64,000 bases of DNA from an uncultured Candidatus Rokubacteria bacterium (GCA_963708025.1 CAVPSB010000028.1:265-64264), one strand, 5' to 3'; shown: positions 8,901 to 20,348, numbered from the stretch's first letter. Program-made: numbers and translations. Notes: a model not told the origin generated them from the sequence alone.

Positions 8901-10949
8901 TCAGAACTCGAGCCGGTAGAGTCGGACCCACAGGTCCGGCTCCGTCCCTCCCGCCTTCTTGACGTTGATCCGATCATCAGCGTCCCCCCCGGGGACCGGG
9001 GTGGTGCGCCACAATGAGGGCTTCTGGGCAAGCTGCTCGCGGAACTCCTCCGTCGCCCAGATCTGCCCTGGCTCCACGTGAGGCTCGACACGTGCCGCGC
9101 AGAGCATGGCTTCCCCACCCGCGATGACGAGCGACCCATCACTCGCGCGTCGCCGCGTCTGCACCTCCCCGCAATGCAGGGCGATCCGCAGGCGAGGCTG
9201 GCCAGGTGCCCGATACACCTCATCCATGATGTGGCGGGCAATCTGCGCCAGCGTGACCGGATCATCGTGCACGATCCAAACCGCGTCTCCCGCGCGGGTC
9301 TCAGCCGCCACCGCCCCCTTGGCCCACTTCCTCACCGCCTCTTCCAGCGCTTGCCGAACGGGAGCGTCCACCCCGGCCCGCATCAAACCGCCGAACCCGT
9401 GGACGTCTCCGGTGAGGACACAGAGCGTGCATGCCGTGACCGTGGCATCGCCGCCCGGCGTCTCTCGCCACGCTCTGCCGTAGCCGACGACGTTGACGCG
9501 GTCGATACGCTGGAGGTAGGCGGGATTCAGTCGCCCGATGACGTCCGACAGCACCGGATGCAGCAGGTAGTGTGTCGCTCGGGGGAGCACCCCGTCGGGC
9601 TCGAGCGTGCCCTCTCCCGGCCGCAGGAACCGCTGGACCCACGTCCCGCGTACCCAGTCGTGATGAAGGTAGCCGAGGAGTCCGACTCGATACAGGGCGC
9701 AGAACACGTGCTTCTCGTCGATCCCGCCGGCCTCCGCATTGTAGGTCCGGAACAACTCTTCGACCTCGTCACGGGTCAGAATGTGCCCGGGGATTCGCCG
9801 GAAGAATCGCTCGAGATCGAGGTCGCCTATGTACGGAGCGATTTCGCTCAGGTACTCGTGAGCGATCTCGGTCGCCGCGAGATTCACCGACTCCTTCAAG
9901 CGGTATTCATCGCGCCGTTCCTCCGGCCGAAGCGCGGCCAGATGTTCGCCGATGGTCATGAGGTCGCGCGGCCGGAGCAACGTATGCCGGCACACATGGT
10001 CGAAGACGTCTTCGTACTCGCCGGTGTAGATGTGCAAGACCTTCGTTCGCCCGAGGAATGCTTCGATCGGATCGGCGCGCAGTCGCCCTGGCCGAACCAT
10101 CCGGTCTGGCCTCTCCAGGCGGATGTTGTTGACGAAGATCTCCCGGAGACCCTCGACGGGATAGACGATATCGATGGCACTGCCCCGATACTGCTGCGCC
10201 ATCACCGTCGTCTGGAGGCGCGCATACGCCTCCTTCCGGACTGCGGCGAAAACCTTCAGGTGATGATTGATACGGCGGAGTTGATAGGCGACCTCGACGA
10301 GGCCCAGCTGCGCGAAGTACCAGACGTTCGACGAGAGCTCGCCGGTGACGCTCGATTGGCCCGCTCGGCTCTCGATGTGCTTGCTGAAGTACTCGTCGAC
10401 GCCGTCGATGAAGATCGCGAGCGGGGAATTCACGGCGCGCAGCCGGGGCACGAGATGGCTGTCGGTGTCGGTGGCACAACGCTGGAGGTCGCTCGGTGAG
10501 AAATCGAGGAGCCGAACGAAATGATCGACGACGCCGCGCAGTCGCTCGTCGGCAACCAGGCTGGCGAGCTTGGAGTTGACCTTGAGGCCCGCGGTCTGGC
10601 CAAGGTGTTTGAGCGTCGCCATGGCGATCGCCGTCCGCCACGCTTTCGACCACGGGAGCGACGACGCGGCGAAGAACGCGAGAGCCTCCTTGCCGAAGAT
10701 CTTGTCGCCGATCGGCTTGTCGAGGAGGTGTCCGGTCGGAAGGCAGGTCGCTCGCCCCTCCCGCTGGTACAGGAGCCGCTTGGCCTTGAGCAGGAGCGTC
10801 TTGCCGAAGCCCTTCGTCCCGATGACGATGAACTTGTCGTCTCGATCCAGGTTCAGGAAGCCGTCGATCTCCGGCGTCCGGTGCAGCAGGGCCTCGTCGA
10901 AATCTTCGGCGACGTGGATGTCGTCGGCGTCCACGGTCCAGGCGCGCAT
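8901..10949 (-). CDS. P-loop NTPase fused to a C-terminal class III adenylate/guanylate cyclase-like domain
   Basis: Walker A GTKGFGKT, Walker B IFIDGVDE; C-terminal TGDVHGF, AGDA, LRIALHCGEV, AARVE, PGQIWATEEF. 682 aa, GGAG RBS. Confidence 0.8.
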   Translation of the reverse strand: MRAWTVDADDIHVAEDFDEALLHRTPEIDGFLNLDRDDKFIVIGTKGFGKTLLLKAKRLLYQREGRATCLPTGHLLDKPIGDKIFGKEALAFFAASSLPWSKAWRTAIAMATLKHLGQTAGLKVNSKLASLVADERLRGVVDHFVRLLDFSPSDLQRCATDTDSHLVPRLRAVNSPLAIFIDGVDEYFSKHIESRAGQSSVTGELSSNVWYFAQLGLVEVAYQLRRINHHLKVFAAVRKEAYARLQTTVMAQQYRGSAIDIVYPVEGLREIFVNNIRLERPDRMVRPGRLRADPIEAFLGRTKVLHIYTGEYEDVFDHVCRHTLLRPRDLMTIGEHLAALRPEERRDEYRLKESVNLAATEIAHEYLSEIAPYIGDLDLERFFRRIPGHILTRDEVEELFRTYNAEAGGIDEKHVFCALYRVGLLGYLHHDWVRGTWVQRFLRPGEGTLEPDGVLPRATHYLLHPVLSDVIGRLNPAYLQRIDRVNVVGYGRAWRETPGGDATVTACTLCVLTGDVHGFGGLMRAGVDAPVRQALEEAVRKWAKGAVAAETRAGDAVWIVHDDPVTLAQIARHIMDEVYRAPGQPRLRIALHCGEVQTRRRASDGSLVIAGGEAMLCAARVEPHVEPGQIWATEEFREQLAQKPSLWRTTPVPGGDADDRINVKKAGGTEPDLWVRLYRLEF

Positions 10950-11179
10950 ACGCTCTCCGCCCCCGAGTGCCTCCTCGGAAAGAGTCCGCACCGAGGATCT
11001 GCAGCGGGGCACCCCGACGATACCCCACCCGGAGACACGACGCCAGCGGTCGCGATGCCCTCGGCGGGTCGGGCGTCCGGCGTCGGAGCCTGGGCGCTCG
11101 AGGGCTTGCTTCGCCGGCGGCGGCCGCCTAGCATACGGCACACCGCGAAGGGGCGGGACAGCCGCTCGGGAGGGATCGG

Positions 11180-12049
11180 ATGATCCTGGTCGTCGGCGCC
11201 ACCGGGACCGTCGGCCGCGAGGTCGTGGCCCGGCTGTCGGAGCGCGGTCAGCCCGTGCGGGCGCTCGTCCGGAGCCCGGAGAAGGCCGCGGCCATCGGGG
11301 GCCCGGGCGTCGAGCCTGCGATCGGGGATCTGGCCCGGCCCCGCACCCTCGACGCCGCGCTGGACGGCGTCACGCGGGCGCTCCTGCTCTCGCCGCTCGA
11401 TCCGGAGCAGGCGGCGCTGCAGGGCAACTTCGTGGAGGCCGCGCGGCGGGCCGGCGGCGTGCACGTGGTCAAGCTCTCGGGCCTCGGAACCGCCCTCGAC
11501 TCACCCGTCCGCAGCGGGCGGCTGCACGCCCGGACCGAGCGCCAGATCGAGGAGTCCGGCCTGCCGTTCACCCACCTCCGCCCGCTCTTCTTCATGCAGA
11601 ACCTCCTGGCCTTCGCCCCGGAGGTGGCGGCGACCGGAACGCTGACCGCCCCGATGAGGGACGGCCGGATCGCGATGGTCGACGCCCGGGACGTCGCCGC
11701 CGTCGCCGTCGCGACGCTGACCGCGCCGGGGCACGCGGGGAAGATCTACACGCTGACCGGGCCCGACGCCCTGTCCTTCGAGGACGTCGCCGCCACGCTC
11801 TCCGTCGCGACGGGCCGGCCGGTCGCTTTCCAGGACCAGTCGCCGAAGGCTCGGCGAGGCCAGCTCGTGGCCACGGGCCTTCCCGCCTGGCACCTGGGGC
11901 TCCGGATGGAGTTCTGGGCCGTCCTGAGCGAGGGCGGCGCTTCCATGGTGACCGACACCGTGCGGTCCGTCACCGGCATGCCTCCCCGGACCTTCGCCCG
12001 CTTCGCGGAGGTGCACGGCGATCGCTTCCGGCGCTCCGGCCCGGCTTGA
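11180..12049 (+). CDS. NmrA-like/atypical SDR NAD(P)-binding oxidoreductase
   Basis: ILVVGATGTVG Rossmann motif, LRPLFFMQN, VDARDVA. Confidence 0.9.
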   Translation: MILVVGATGTVGREVVARLSERGQPVRALVRSPEKAAAIGGPGVEPAIGDLARPRTLDAALDGVTRALLLSPLDPEQAALQGNFVEAARRAGGVHVVKLSGLGTALDSPVRSGRLHARTERQIEESGLPFTHLRPLFFMQNLLAFAPEVAATGTLTAPMRDGRIAMVDARDVAAVAVATLTAPGHAGKIYTLTGPDALSFEDVAATLSVATGRPVAFQDQSPKARRGQLVATGLPAWHLGLRMEFWAVLSEGGASMVTDTVRSVTGMPPRTFARFAEVHGDRFRRSGPA

Positions 12050-12131
12050 CAGCCCCGCGGGCCGCGTGCTAACGACGGGGCATCGGCTCGGCATTCGGCT
12101 CACCCGGTCCCTCCCACACAAGGAGCGCGCG

Positions 12132-13201
12132 ATGACGCACCACGGCACGACGCGACGCACATTCCTGGCCGGGGCGGTGAGCGCGGCGGCGGCCGCCCCC
12201 TTCGTCTGGACCCGACGGGCCGGCGCGGCCGGCAAGCTCGTGATCCGCACCATCGGCGGCGCCTACGAGGAGGCGGTGGTCAAGGCGATCTTCGATCCCT
12301 TCACGAAGGCGACCGGGATCGAGATCGTCAAGGTGCCGGCCACGCTCGGCAAGCTCCTCGCCATGTTCGAGTCGGGGAACATCGAGCTGGACGTGGTGGA
12401 CGCCGGCGAGCTCGGCATGATCTCGCTCAGCCAGAAGGGCGCGCTGGAGCAGATCGACTACAAGGCCTGGAAGCTCACCAACCCCGAGGACATCGACGCC
12501 CCCGTCCGCAAGCCCGACATGGTGGCCGACCTCTACTTCTCCTCGGTCCTCGGCTACAACAGCCAGACCTTCCCGACCGGCAAGCACCCGCGCTCGTGGG
12601 CCGAGTTCTGGGACATCAAGCGTTTCCCGGGGCCGCGGATGCTCGCCGACATCGCTTCCGGCGCGGTGGACCTCGAGTTCGCGCTCCTGGCCGACGGCGT
12701 GCCGAAGGACAAGCTCTACCCGATCGACGTGGACCGGGCCTTCAAGGCGCTCGACCGGGTGCGGCCGGCCATCCGCAAGTTCTGGGACACCGGGGCGCTC
12801 TCGGCCCAGATGCTGAACGACAAGGAGGTCGTGGCGGGCAGCATCTGGAACGGCCGGCTCCAGGCGGTGGCCGACAAGGGCGCGCCGCTCGCCATCGAGT
12901 GGAACGAGGCCATGCTCCAGGTCCAGTACTGGGGCATCCTCAAGGGCGCCAAGAACGTGGCCGACGCCCAGCGCTTCATCGACTTCGCCTGCCAGCCGAA
13001 GATCCAGGCCGACTTCGCGATGGCGATCCCCTACGGCCCGCCGAACCGCGGCGCCTTCAAGTTCATCCCGGCCGCCCAGGCCGCGCGGCTCCCGTCGAGC
13101 CCGGAGTACAAGGCGAAGGCGTTCCTCCAGGATGGCAAGTGGTGGGCGGACAACCGCCCGAAGGTCGCCGAGCGCTGGTCCCAGTGGCTCCTGCAGAAGG
13201 G

Positions 13202-13205
<4 letters not shown>
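12132..13205 (+). CDS. ABC transporter substrate-binding protein (PotD/PotF-like), Tat signal
   Basis: TRRTFL twin-arginine motif; PRSWAEFWD, FALLADGV, IWNGR. Confidence 0.9.
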
Positions 13206-14307
<1,102 letters not shown>

Positions 14308-14311
<4 letters not shown>

Positions 14312-15156
14312 GCGTCGAGCGTCGCGAGCTCCGAGGCCACTTGCTGGCGCTCCTTCCTGCCCTGCTGGTGCTGCTGGCCCTGTTCGTCTACCCGCTCCTC
14401 GGCATCCTCACGCGGAGCGTCTGGAAGGGAGGGGCCTACACGCTCGACGCCTACCGCCAGGTCTTCCGCGTCCCCGTCTACCTGACGGTCATCGGCCTCA
14501 CCTTCCGCACGGCCGCCCTGGTGACGCTGCTCTGCCTCGCGCTCGCCTATCCCCTCGCCTACGTCCTGGTCCGGGTGCGCCCGCGGCTCGGCCGCCTGCT
14601 CCTCATCGTCGTCGTGCTGCCCTACTTCACGAGCATCATCGTTCGCACCTACGCCTGGATGGTCCTCCTCGGCCGGAACGGCGTGGTCAACCAGTGGCTG
14701 GTCGCCCTCGGCCTGGCCGAGCGGCCCCTGCCGCTCCTCTACAACCACGCGGGGGTGCTGATCGGGATGACCTACGTGCTGCTGCCGGTCATGGTGCTGA
14801 CGCTCTACAGCGTCATGCGCGGCATCGACCCGGCCCTGGTCCGGGCCGCCCACAGCCTCGGGGCCAGCCGCCTCGCGGCCTTCCTCCGGGTCTTCCTGCC
14901 GCTCAGCCTCCCCGGGGTCGCCGGCGGCGCCCTCCTGGTCTTCATCCTGAGCCTCGGCTTCTTCATCACGCCGGCGCTCATGGGCGGCCCCTCCGACATC
15001 ATGATCGCGATGCTGATCGAGCGCGAGGTCGAGATCACCCTCAACTGGTCGTTCGCCTCGGCGCTGGCCGTCATCCTGCTGGCCCTCACGCTCGCCGGCT
15101 TCGCCCTGGCGCACCGCGTGGTGCGGCTCGACCGGCTGTTCGGGAGCCACGCGTGA
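14308..15156 (+). CDS. ABC permease (PotB-like)
   Basis: VRTYAW, AAHSLGAS EAA loop, six TM helices. Confidence 0.9.
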
Positions 15157-15956
15157 TCGCCGACGAGGGCCAGCGATCGGGGCCGGGCACGGTCGCCCTC
15201 CTGGCGTGGGCGGGGGCGGTCCTCGTCTTCCTCCTGGCCCCGGTCCTCATCATCCTGGTCCTCTCCTTCAGCGCGGCGGACTACCTGAGCTTCCCGCCGC
15301 CAGGGCTGTCCCTCCGCTGGTACCGGCGCTTCCTCGGCGTGCCGACCTGGCGGCAGGCGATCGGGGTCAGCGTCCAGGTGGCGAGCCTCACCATGGTCTT
15401 CGCCACCGCGCTCGGGCTCGCCGCCGCCGTGGCCCTGGTCCGCGGCCGGTTCCGCGGAAAGGGCGCCGTCTACGCCTTCCTGCTCTCGCCGGCGATCGTG
15501 CCGACCGTCATCACCGCCATCGGCCTTTACTTCTTCTTCGTCCGCCTCAAGGCGACCGGCAGCATCCTGGCCATGGCCCTCGGCCACACGGTGCTCGCGC
15601 TCCCCATCGTGGTCATCATCATGGCGGCCACGCTCCAGGGCTTCGACGTGCGGCTGGAGCAGGCGGCGCTCAGCCTCGGGGCGAGCCGGCTGACCGCGCT
15701 CCGCCGGGTCACGTTGCCGCTCATCGCGCCGGGCGTGCTGTCGGCCGCGCTGTTCGCGTTCCTCACGTCGTTCGACGAGCTGCTGATCCCGCTGTTCCTG
15801 TCCGGGGTGGAGGTGCAGACCCTCACCGTGCGGATCTGGAACAGCCTGACGCTCGAGGTGGACCCGACGATCGCCGCGGTCAGCACGTTCCTGATCGGGG
15901 TCACGACCACGGTGCTGGGCGCCAGCGCCCTGCTCCGCCGCCGCGGCGAGACATGA
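15153..15956 (+). CDS. ABC permease (PotC-like)
   Basis: SLRWY, LEQAALSLGA, FLTSFDE; GTGA overlap with the upstream gene. Confidence 0.9.
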   Translation: MIADEGQRSGPGTVALLAWAGAVLVFLLAPVLIILVLSFSAADYLSFPPPGLSLRWYRRFLGVPTWRQAIGVSVQVASLTMVFATALGLAAAVALVRGRFRGKGAVYAFLLSPAIVPTVITAIGLYFFFVRLKATGSILAMALGHTVLALPIVVIIMAATLQGFDVRLEQAALSLGASRLTALRRVTLPLIAPGVLSAALFAFLTSFDELLIPLFLSGVEVQTLTVRIWNSLTLEVDPTIAAVSTFLIGVTTTVLGASALLRRRGET

Positions 15957-15968
15957 GCAGAGAGCGCG

Positions 15969-16046
15969 AGCAATCGGCTCCTCCGGCACCCCCCTCCCCC
16001 GGTGGGTGGGGGAGGGGGGCTGGGGGGGAGGGCGGGAGGTCCCAAA
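15969..16046 (+). repeat. G/C-run palindromic dispersed element, copy A
   Basis: AGCAATCGG..CCTCCGGC..CCCCCTCCCCC..GGGGGAGGGGGGCTGGGGGGG..GGGAGGTCCCAAA. Confidence 0.8.
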
Positions 16047-16578
16047 TGTCCCATGAAGCGGCCGAGCGCGGCGTGCGCCAGGCGATCGCGCGGCTCCACG
16101 CGGCCATGAACCAGGTGGTGGCCGGAGACCCGAGCGCGATCAAGGCGCTCTATTCCCACCGGGACGACGTGACCGGCTTCTACGGCTGGGGCGGCTACGA
16201 GAAGGGCTGGGAGCAGGTCAGCCGGCGCTGGGACTGGGCGGCCCGCGAGTTCAAGGGCGGCGGGCCGGTGACCTACGAGAACCTCACCACGATCGTCACC
16301 GCCGAGCTGGCCTGCACGACCGACATCGAGACCATCCGCGTCCGGCTCGACGCGATGGACCGGCCGACCGAGTGGTCGAACCGGGTCACCCACGTCTTCC
16401 GGCTCGAGGACGGCGAGTGGCGGCTGGTGCACCGCCACGGCAACCGGCTGGAGCCGCAGTACAAGCCGAGCACACGTTTGGATCCTCCCGCCCACCCCCC
16501 CAGCCCCCCTCCCCCACCGTCGGACGGCCCGGGGGGGAGGGGGGAGCCGGAGGTCTTCCTTCTCACGCTCGCAGCTGA
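16046..16578 (+). CDS. SnoaL/NTF2-like (DUF4440-type) protein; 3' end uncertain, runs into repeat copy B
   Basis: LYSHRDDVT...RVTHVFRLEDGEWRLVHRH. As written the frame stays open to 16942; a 1-nt homopolymer shift would end it at TGA 16578. Confidence 0.75.
16477..16555 (-). repeat. G/C-run palindromic dispersed element, copy B (inverted relative to A)
   Basis: Reverse complement reads GACCTCCGGCTCCCCCCTCCCCCCC..GGGGGAGGGGGCTGGGGGGGTGGGCGGGAGGATCCAAA. Confidence 0.8.
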
Positions 16579-16598
16579 ATCGAAAGGGGCTTCCATTC

Positions 16599-17827
16599 AT
16601 GGCGGACGTCAAGGCGCAGATCCAGGGACGCATCGATCCCGCCGAGGTCATCGACTTCGCGAAGCAGCTCGTCAAGATCCCGAGCTACACGACCGACGAG
16701 ACGCCGGTCGCCCAGTTCCTCCACCGCTTCCTGGAGAAGGAGGGCTTCGAGTCCCGCCTCCAGGAGGTGGACCCCGGCCGCTTCCAGACGATCGCCCGCC
16801 TGCCCGGCGCCGGCGGCGGGACGCAGCCTCATGTTCGACGGCCACATCGACATCGACCCGATCCCCGGCGGCTGGGAGCGCGACCCGTGGACGCCCACGA
16901 TCGAGGGCGACCGCTTCTACGGGGCCGGGATCTACAACATGAAGGGCGGCGACACCGCCATGATCATGGCGGCGGTGGCGGCCCGCCGGGCCGGGGTGCG
17001 GCTCCGCGGCGACCTCTGGCTCGCCTGCGTGGTGGGCGAGCTCCAGGGCGGCGTCGGCACCGTCTACATGCTGAAGAGCGGCGTCCGCGCGGACCTGGCC
17101 GTCGTCCCCGAGCCCTACAGCACGCAGAACATCATCACCAAGCACACCGGCGTCGTCGAGTTCCTGGTCCACGTCCTCGGCCGCACCGCCCACATCTCGC
17201 GCGCCGAGCACGGCATCAACGCGATCGGCCGGGCGGCGCGGCGCCGTCCAGGCACTCGAGGCGCTCCGCCTCCGCGGCGAGGTGGACCCCGACCTGCCCG
17301 GCCTGCCCCGGCTCCTGGTCGGCTCGATCATCGGCGGGCGCGGCCGGGAGTGGGAGCTGCGGGGCCCGAACATCGTGCCCGACGTGTGCTCGCTCTTCGT
17401 CGACGTCCGCTTCCCCGCCGGCATGACGCCCGAGTCCATCCTGGCCGACGTGCGGGGGGCGCTGGACGCGCTGGCGGCGAGCGACCGCGACTTCCGCTAC
17501 GAGATCGAGTGGCCGGCCCGGCCCGAGCGCCGGGTCATGCGCGAGGTGATGACGCCGCTCTCGGTGCCGCGCGACCACCCGCTGGTCCGGACGCTCGCCG
17601 CCAACGTCACGGCGGTCCGGGGCGTGGCGCCGACCATCGGCGCCGTCCCGCCCTACAGCTACGCGGGCAACGACACCTCGCACCTCTACCGGGCCGGCAT
17701 CCCTTGCTGCCTCTACGGGCCGGCCGGCGGCTACGACGAGGGGCGCGCGGACCGGTGGACGTCGGTCGAGCAGATCGTGACCTGCACGCGCGTGTTCGGC
17801 GGTCTCATCGCCGACATCTGTGCCTGA
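16599..17827 (+). CDS. M20/ArgE-DapE family deacylase, two frameshifts (~16825, ~17240)
   Basis: LVKIPS, FDGHID, GAGIYNMKGG, VVGE, GRTAH, NIVPD, YGP spread over three frames. Confidence 0.85.
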
Positions 17828-17844
17828 CCTCGGGAGGCGAGCCG

Positions 17845-18996
17845 ATGGCGCTCCACTTCAGCCGCCGCGAGCTGGCCGGGCGGCGCCGCCGCGCCTGCGC
17901 GCGGATGGCCGAGGCCGGGCTGGACGGGCTGCTGCTCTTCCGCCAGGAGAGCATGTACTACCTGACCGGCTACGACACCAGCGGCTACAGCATGTTCCAG
18001 GGGATGTACCTCGGCGCCGACGGCCGGCTCGCCCTCTGCACGCGCTCGGCGGACCTGCGCCAGGCCCGGCTGACCTCGGTCGTCGAGGACGTCCGCGTCT
18101 GGCGCGACCGCGAGGGCGCGAGCCCGGCCCTCGACCTGCGCGACATGCTCGCCGACCTCGGCTGCCGGGGGAAGCGCCTCGGCATCGAGTACCACGCCTA
18201 CGGGCTCACCGCCCAGCGCGGCCGGATGGTGGACGCCGCGCTGGAGGGCTTCTGCCGGACCGAGGACGCCTCCGACCTGGTCCGGCTGCTCCGCCTGGTG
18301 AAGAGCCCGGCCGAGCTCGCGTACGTCCGCCAGGCCGGCCGGCTCGCCAATCAGGCGCTGGCGGTCGCGAACCGCCTGACGGTGCCGGGGACGCCGGTCG
18401 GCGCGATCTACGCCGAGATGCAGAAGGTGATCCTGGCCGGCGACGGTGACCCGTCGGCCAGCCGGTGGCCGATGGGGAGCGGCGAGGAAGCCCTGCTGGT
18501 GCGGTACCACACCGGCCACGGCCGCGTGGCGGCCCGCGACCAGGTGACCTTCGAGTTCGCCGCCGCCTACCGCCACTACCATACGGCGCTCATGCACGTC
18601 GTGGTGATCGGGAAGGTGGACCGCCGGCACCGCGACATGTTCCGCGCCTGCCGGGACGCGCTCGACGCCTGCAACGAGGGGCTGCGCCCGGGCCGCACGG
18701 TCGGCGAGGTCTACGACACCCACGCCCGGGCGCTGACGAAGGCGGGCTACCGGGGCCGCTTCCTCAACGCCTGCGGCTACACGATGGGCGCCACCTACCC
18801 CCCGACCTGGATGGACTGGCCCATGGTCTTCACCGGCAACCCCCAGGTCCTCGCCCCCGGCATGGTCTTCTTCATCCACATGATCCTGCTCGACCCCCGC
18901 CGCGGGCTCACCATGTCCCTCGGCGAGACGTCGATCATCACCGCCCGCGGGCCCTCCCCCGTCACCCACGCCCCCGGGGAGCTCATCGCCAACTGA
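17845..18996 (+). CDS. M24 family hydrolase (Xaa-Pro peptidase/creatinase/ectoine hydrolase-like)
   Basis: GLDGLLLFRQESMYYLTGYD, LRLVKSPAE, GYTMG..YPPTW, GMVFF; GGAGG RBS. Confidence 0.85.
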   Translation: MALHFSRRELAGRRRRACARMAEAGLDGLLLFRQESMYYLTGYDTSGYSMFQGMYLGADGRLALCTRSADLRQARLTSVVEDVRVWRDREGASPALDLRDMLADLGCRGKRLGIEYHAYGLTAQRGRMVDAALEGFCRTEDASDLVRLLRLVKSPAELAYVRQAGRLANQALAVANRLTVPGTPVGAIYAEMQKVILAGDGDPSASRWPMGSGEEALLVRYHTGHGRVAARDQVTFEFAAAYRHYHTALMHVVVIGKVDRRHRDMFRACRDALDACNEGLRPGRTVGEVYDTHARALTKAGYRGRFLNACGYTMGATYPPTWMDWPMVFTGNPQVLAPGMVFFIHMILLDPRRGLTMSLGETSIITARGPSPVTHAPGELIAN

Positions 18997-18998
18997 AA

Positions 18999-19099
18999 AG
19001 CAATCGGGGACCTCCGGCTCCCCCCTCCCCCCAGCCAAAGGCCGAAGGCCGTCGGACAGTGGGGAGGGGGGCTGGGGGGGTGGGAGGGAGACCCCCAAA
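18999..19099 (+). repeat. G/C-run palindromic dispersed element, copy C
   Basis: AGCAATCGGGGACCTCCGGCTCCCCC..GCCAAAGGCCGAAGGCCGTC..GGGGAGGGGGGCTGGGGGGG..CCCCCAAA. Confidence 0.8.
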
Positions 19100-19109
19100 G
19101 GAGACTGCC

Positions 19110-19265
19110 ATGGCAGTACGGCTCATCGCGATCGGCCTCGCCCTCGTCGTGGTCCTGACGGCCGGGTGCGCCTACCTCGAGCAGACCGAGCAGCTGCCGT
19201 CGCCGGGCCCTGGCCCCGCCGGGCGGGCCGGACCCGAGATGGAGGAGCCGGGCTACATGGAGTGA
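19110..19265 (+). CDS. Small lipoprotein (51 aa)
   Basis: AAGGAG RBS; MAVRLIAIGLALVVVLTAGC lipobox. Confidence 0.65.
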   Translation: MAVRLIAIGLALVVVLTAGCAYLEQTEQLPSPGPGPAGRAGPEMEEPGYME

Positions 19266-19313
19266 GCCGTGCCGATCGCCGCTAACCCTTCATAGTCACC
19301 GAGCGGAGGAGCC

Positions 19314-20348
19314 ATGCGCTGGAAGCGAACCCTCACCGTCGTCGGGGTCCACGCCGAGGGCGAGGTCGGCAAGGTGGTGATCGGCGGGGTCGTCGACGTC
19401 CCCGGCGCGACCATGTTCGACAAGATGCGCCACCTGGCCAAGCACGAGGACGGGCTCCGCAAGTTCCTCCTCTTCGAGCCCCGGGGCGCGGCGACCCACA
19501 GCGCGAACCTCGTCCTGCCCTCGAGCCACCCGAAGGCGAAGCTCGGCTACGTGATCATGGAGTCGACCGAGTACGCTCCCATGTCGGGCTCCAACACGAT
19601 CTGCACCGTGACCGCCATCCTGGAGACCGGCCTCCTCCCCATGCGGGAGCCGGTGACCGAGCTGACCCTGGAGACTCCGGCCGGCCTGATCGACGTCACC
19701 TGCCGGTGCCGCGACGGCAAGGTCCTACAGGTCAAGTTCCGGAACGTCCCGGCCTTCGTCCAGCGCCTCGACGCCCCGGTCGAGGTGGCGGGCCTCGGCA
19801 CGATCCCGATCGACGTCGCCTACGGCGGCATGCACTACGCGCTCGTCGACGCGGCGGCGGTGGGCTTCCGCATCACCCGAGACGAGGCCCGGGACATCTG
19901 CGTGGTGGGCCAGAAGATCAAGCAGGCGGCCCGGGAGCAGCTCGAGATCGTGCACCCCGAGAACCCCGAGATCCGGGACGTCACCATCATCGAGTTCATG
20001 GGACCCGTTCGCCACAAGGGGAAGGGGCTCACCGCCCGCAACACCGTCGTCGTCTCCCCCGGGCGGCTCGACCGCTCGCCCTGCGGAACCGGGACGTCGG
20101 CCCGCCTGGCCGTGATGCACGCGCGGCGGCAGATCCGGAAGGGCCAGCCCTTCGATCACGAGTCCATCATCGGCACCCACTTCCTGAGCGAGGTGGTGGC
20201 CACCACCCGCGTCCGGGGGAAGCCGGCGGTCGTGACGACCGTCGCCGGCCGGGCGTGGATCACCAGCATCGGCCAGTACGGCTACGACCCCGACGATCCG
20301 TTCCCCGAGGGCTACACGCTCTCCGACACGTGGCTGCAAGCCCTCTAA
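19314..20348 (+). CDS. Proline racemase family protein (Ser/Cys catalytic pair)
   Basis: HAEGE, FEPRG, PMSGSN, AYGG, DRSPCGTGTSAR. Confidence 0.92.
   Translation: MRWKRTLTVVGVHAEGEVGKVVIGGVVDVPGATMFDKMRHLAKHEDGLRKFLLFEPRGAATHSANLVLPSSHPKAKLGYVIMESTEYAPMSGSNTICTVTAILETGLLPMREPVTELTLETPAGLIDVTCRCRDGKVLQVKFRNVPAFVQRLDAPVEVAGLGTIPIDVAYGGMHYALVDAAAVGFRITRDEARDICVVGQKIKQAAREQLEIVHPENPEIRDVTIIEFMGPVRHKGKGLTARNTVVVSPGRLDRSPCGTGTSARLAVMHARRQIRKGQPFDHESIIGTHFLSEVVATTRVRGKPAVVTTVAGRAWITSIGQYGYDPDDPFPEGYTLSDTWLQAL

Noticed and set aside
4095-10949. Prophage or integrative element
   Set aside because: No integrase, att-flanked tRNA or phage structural genes are visible.
16831-18996. 721-aa M20-M24 fusion shown in the ORF track
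   Set aside because: Arises from the frameshift near 17240; the M24 gene has its own RBS and ATG at 17845.
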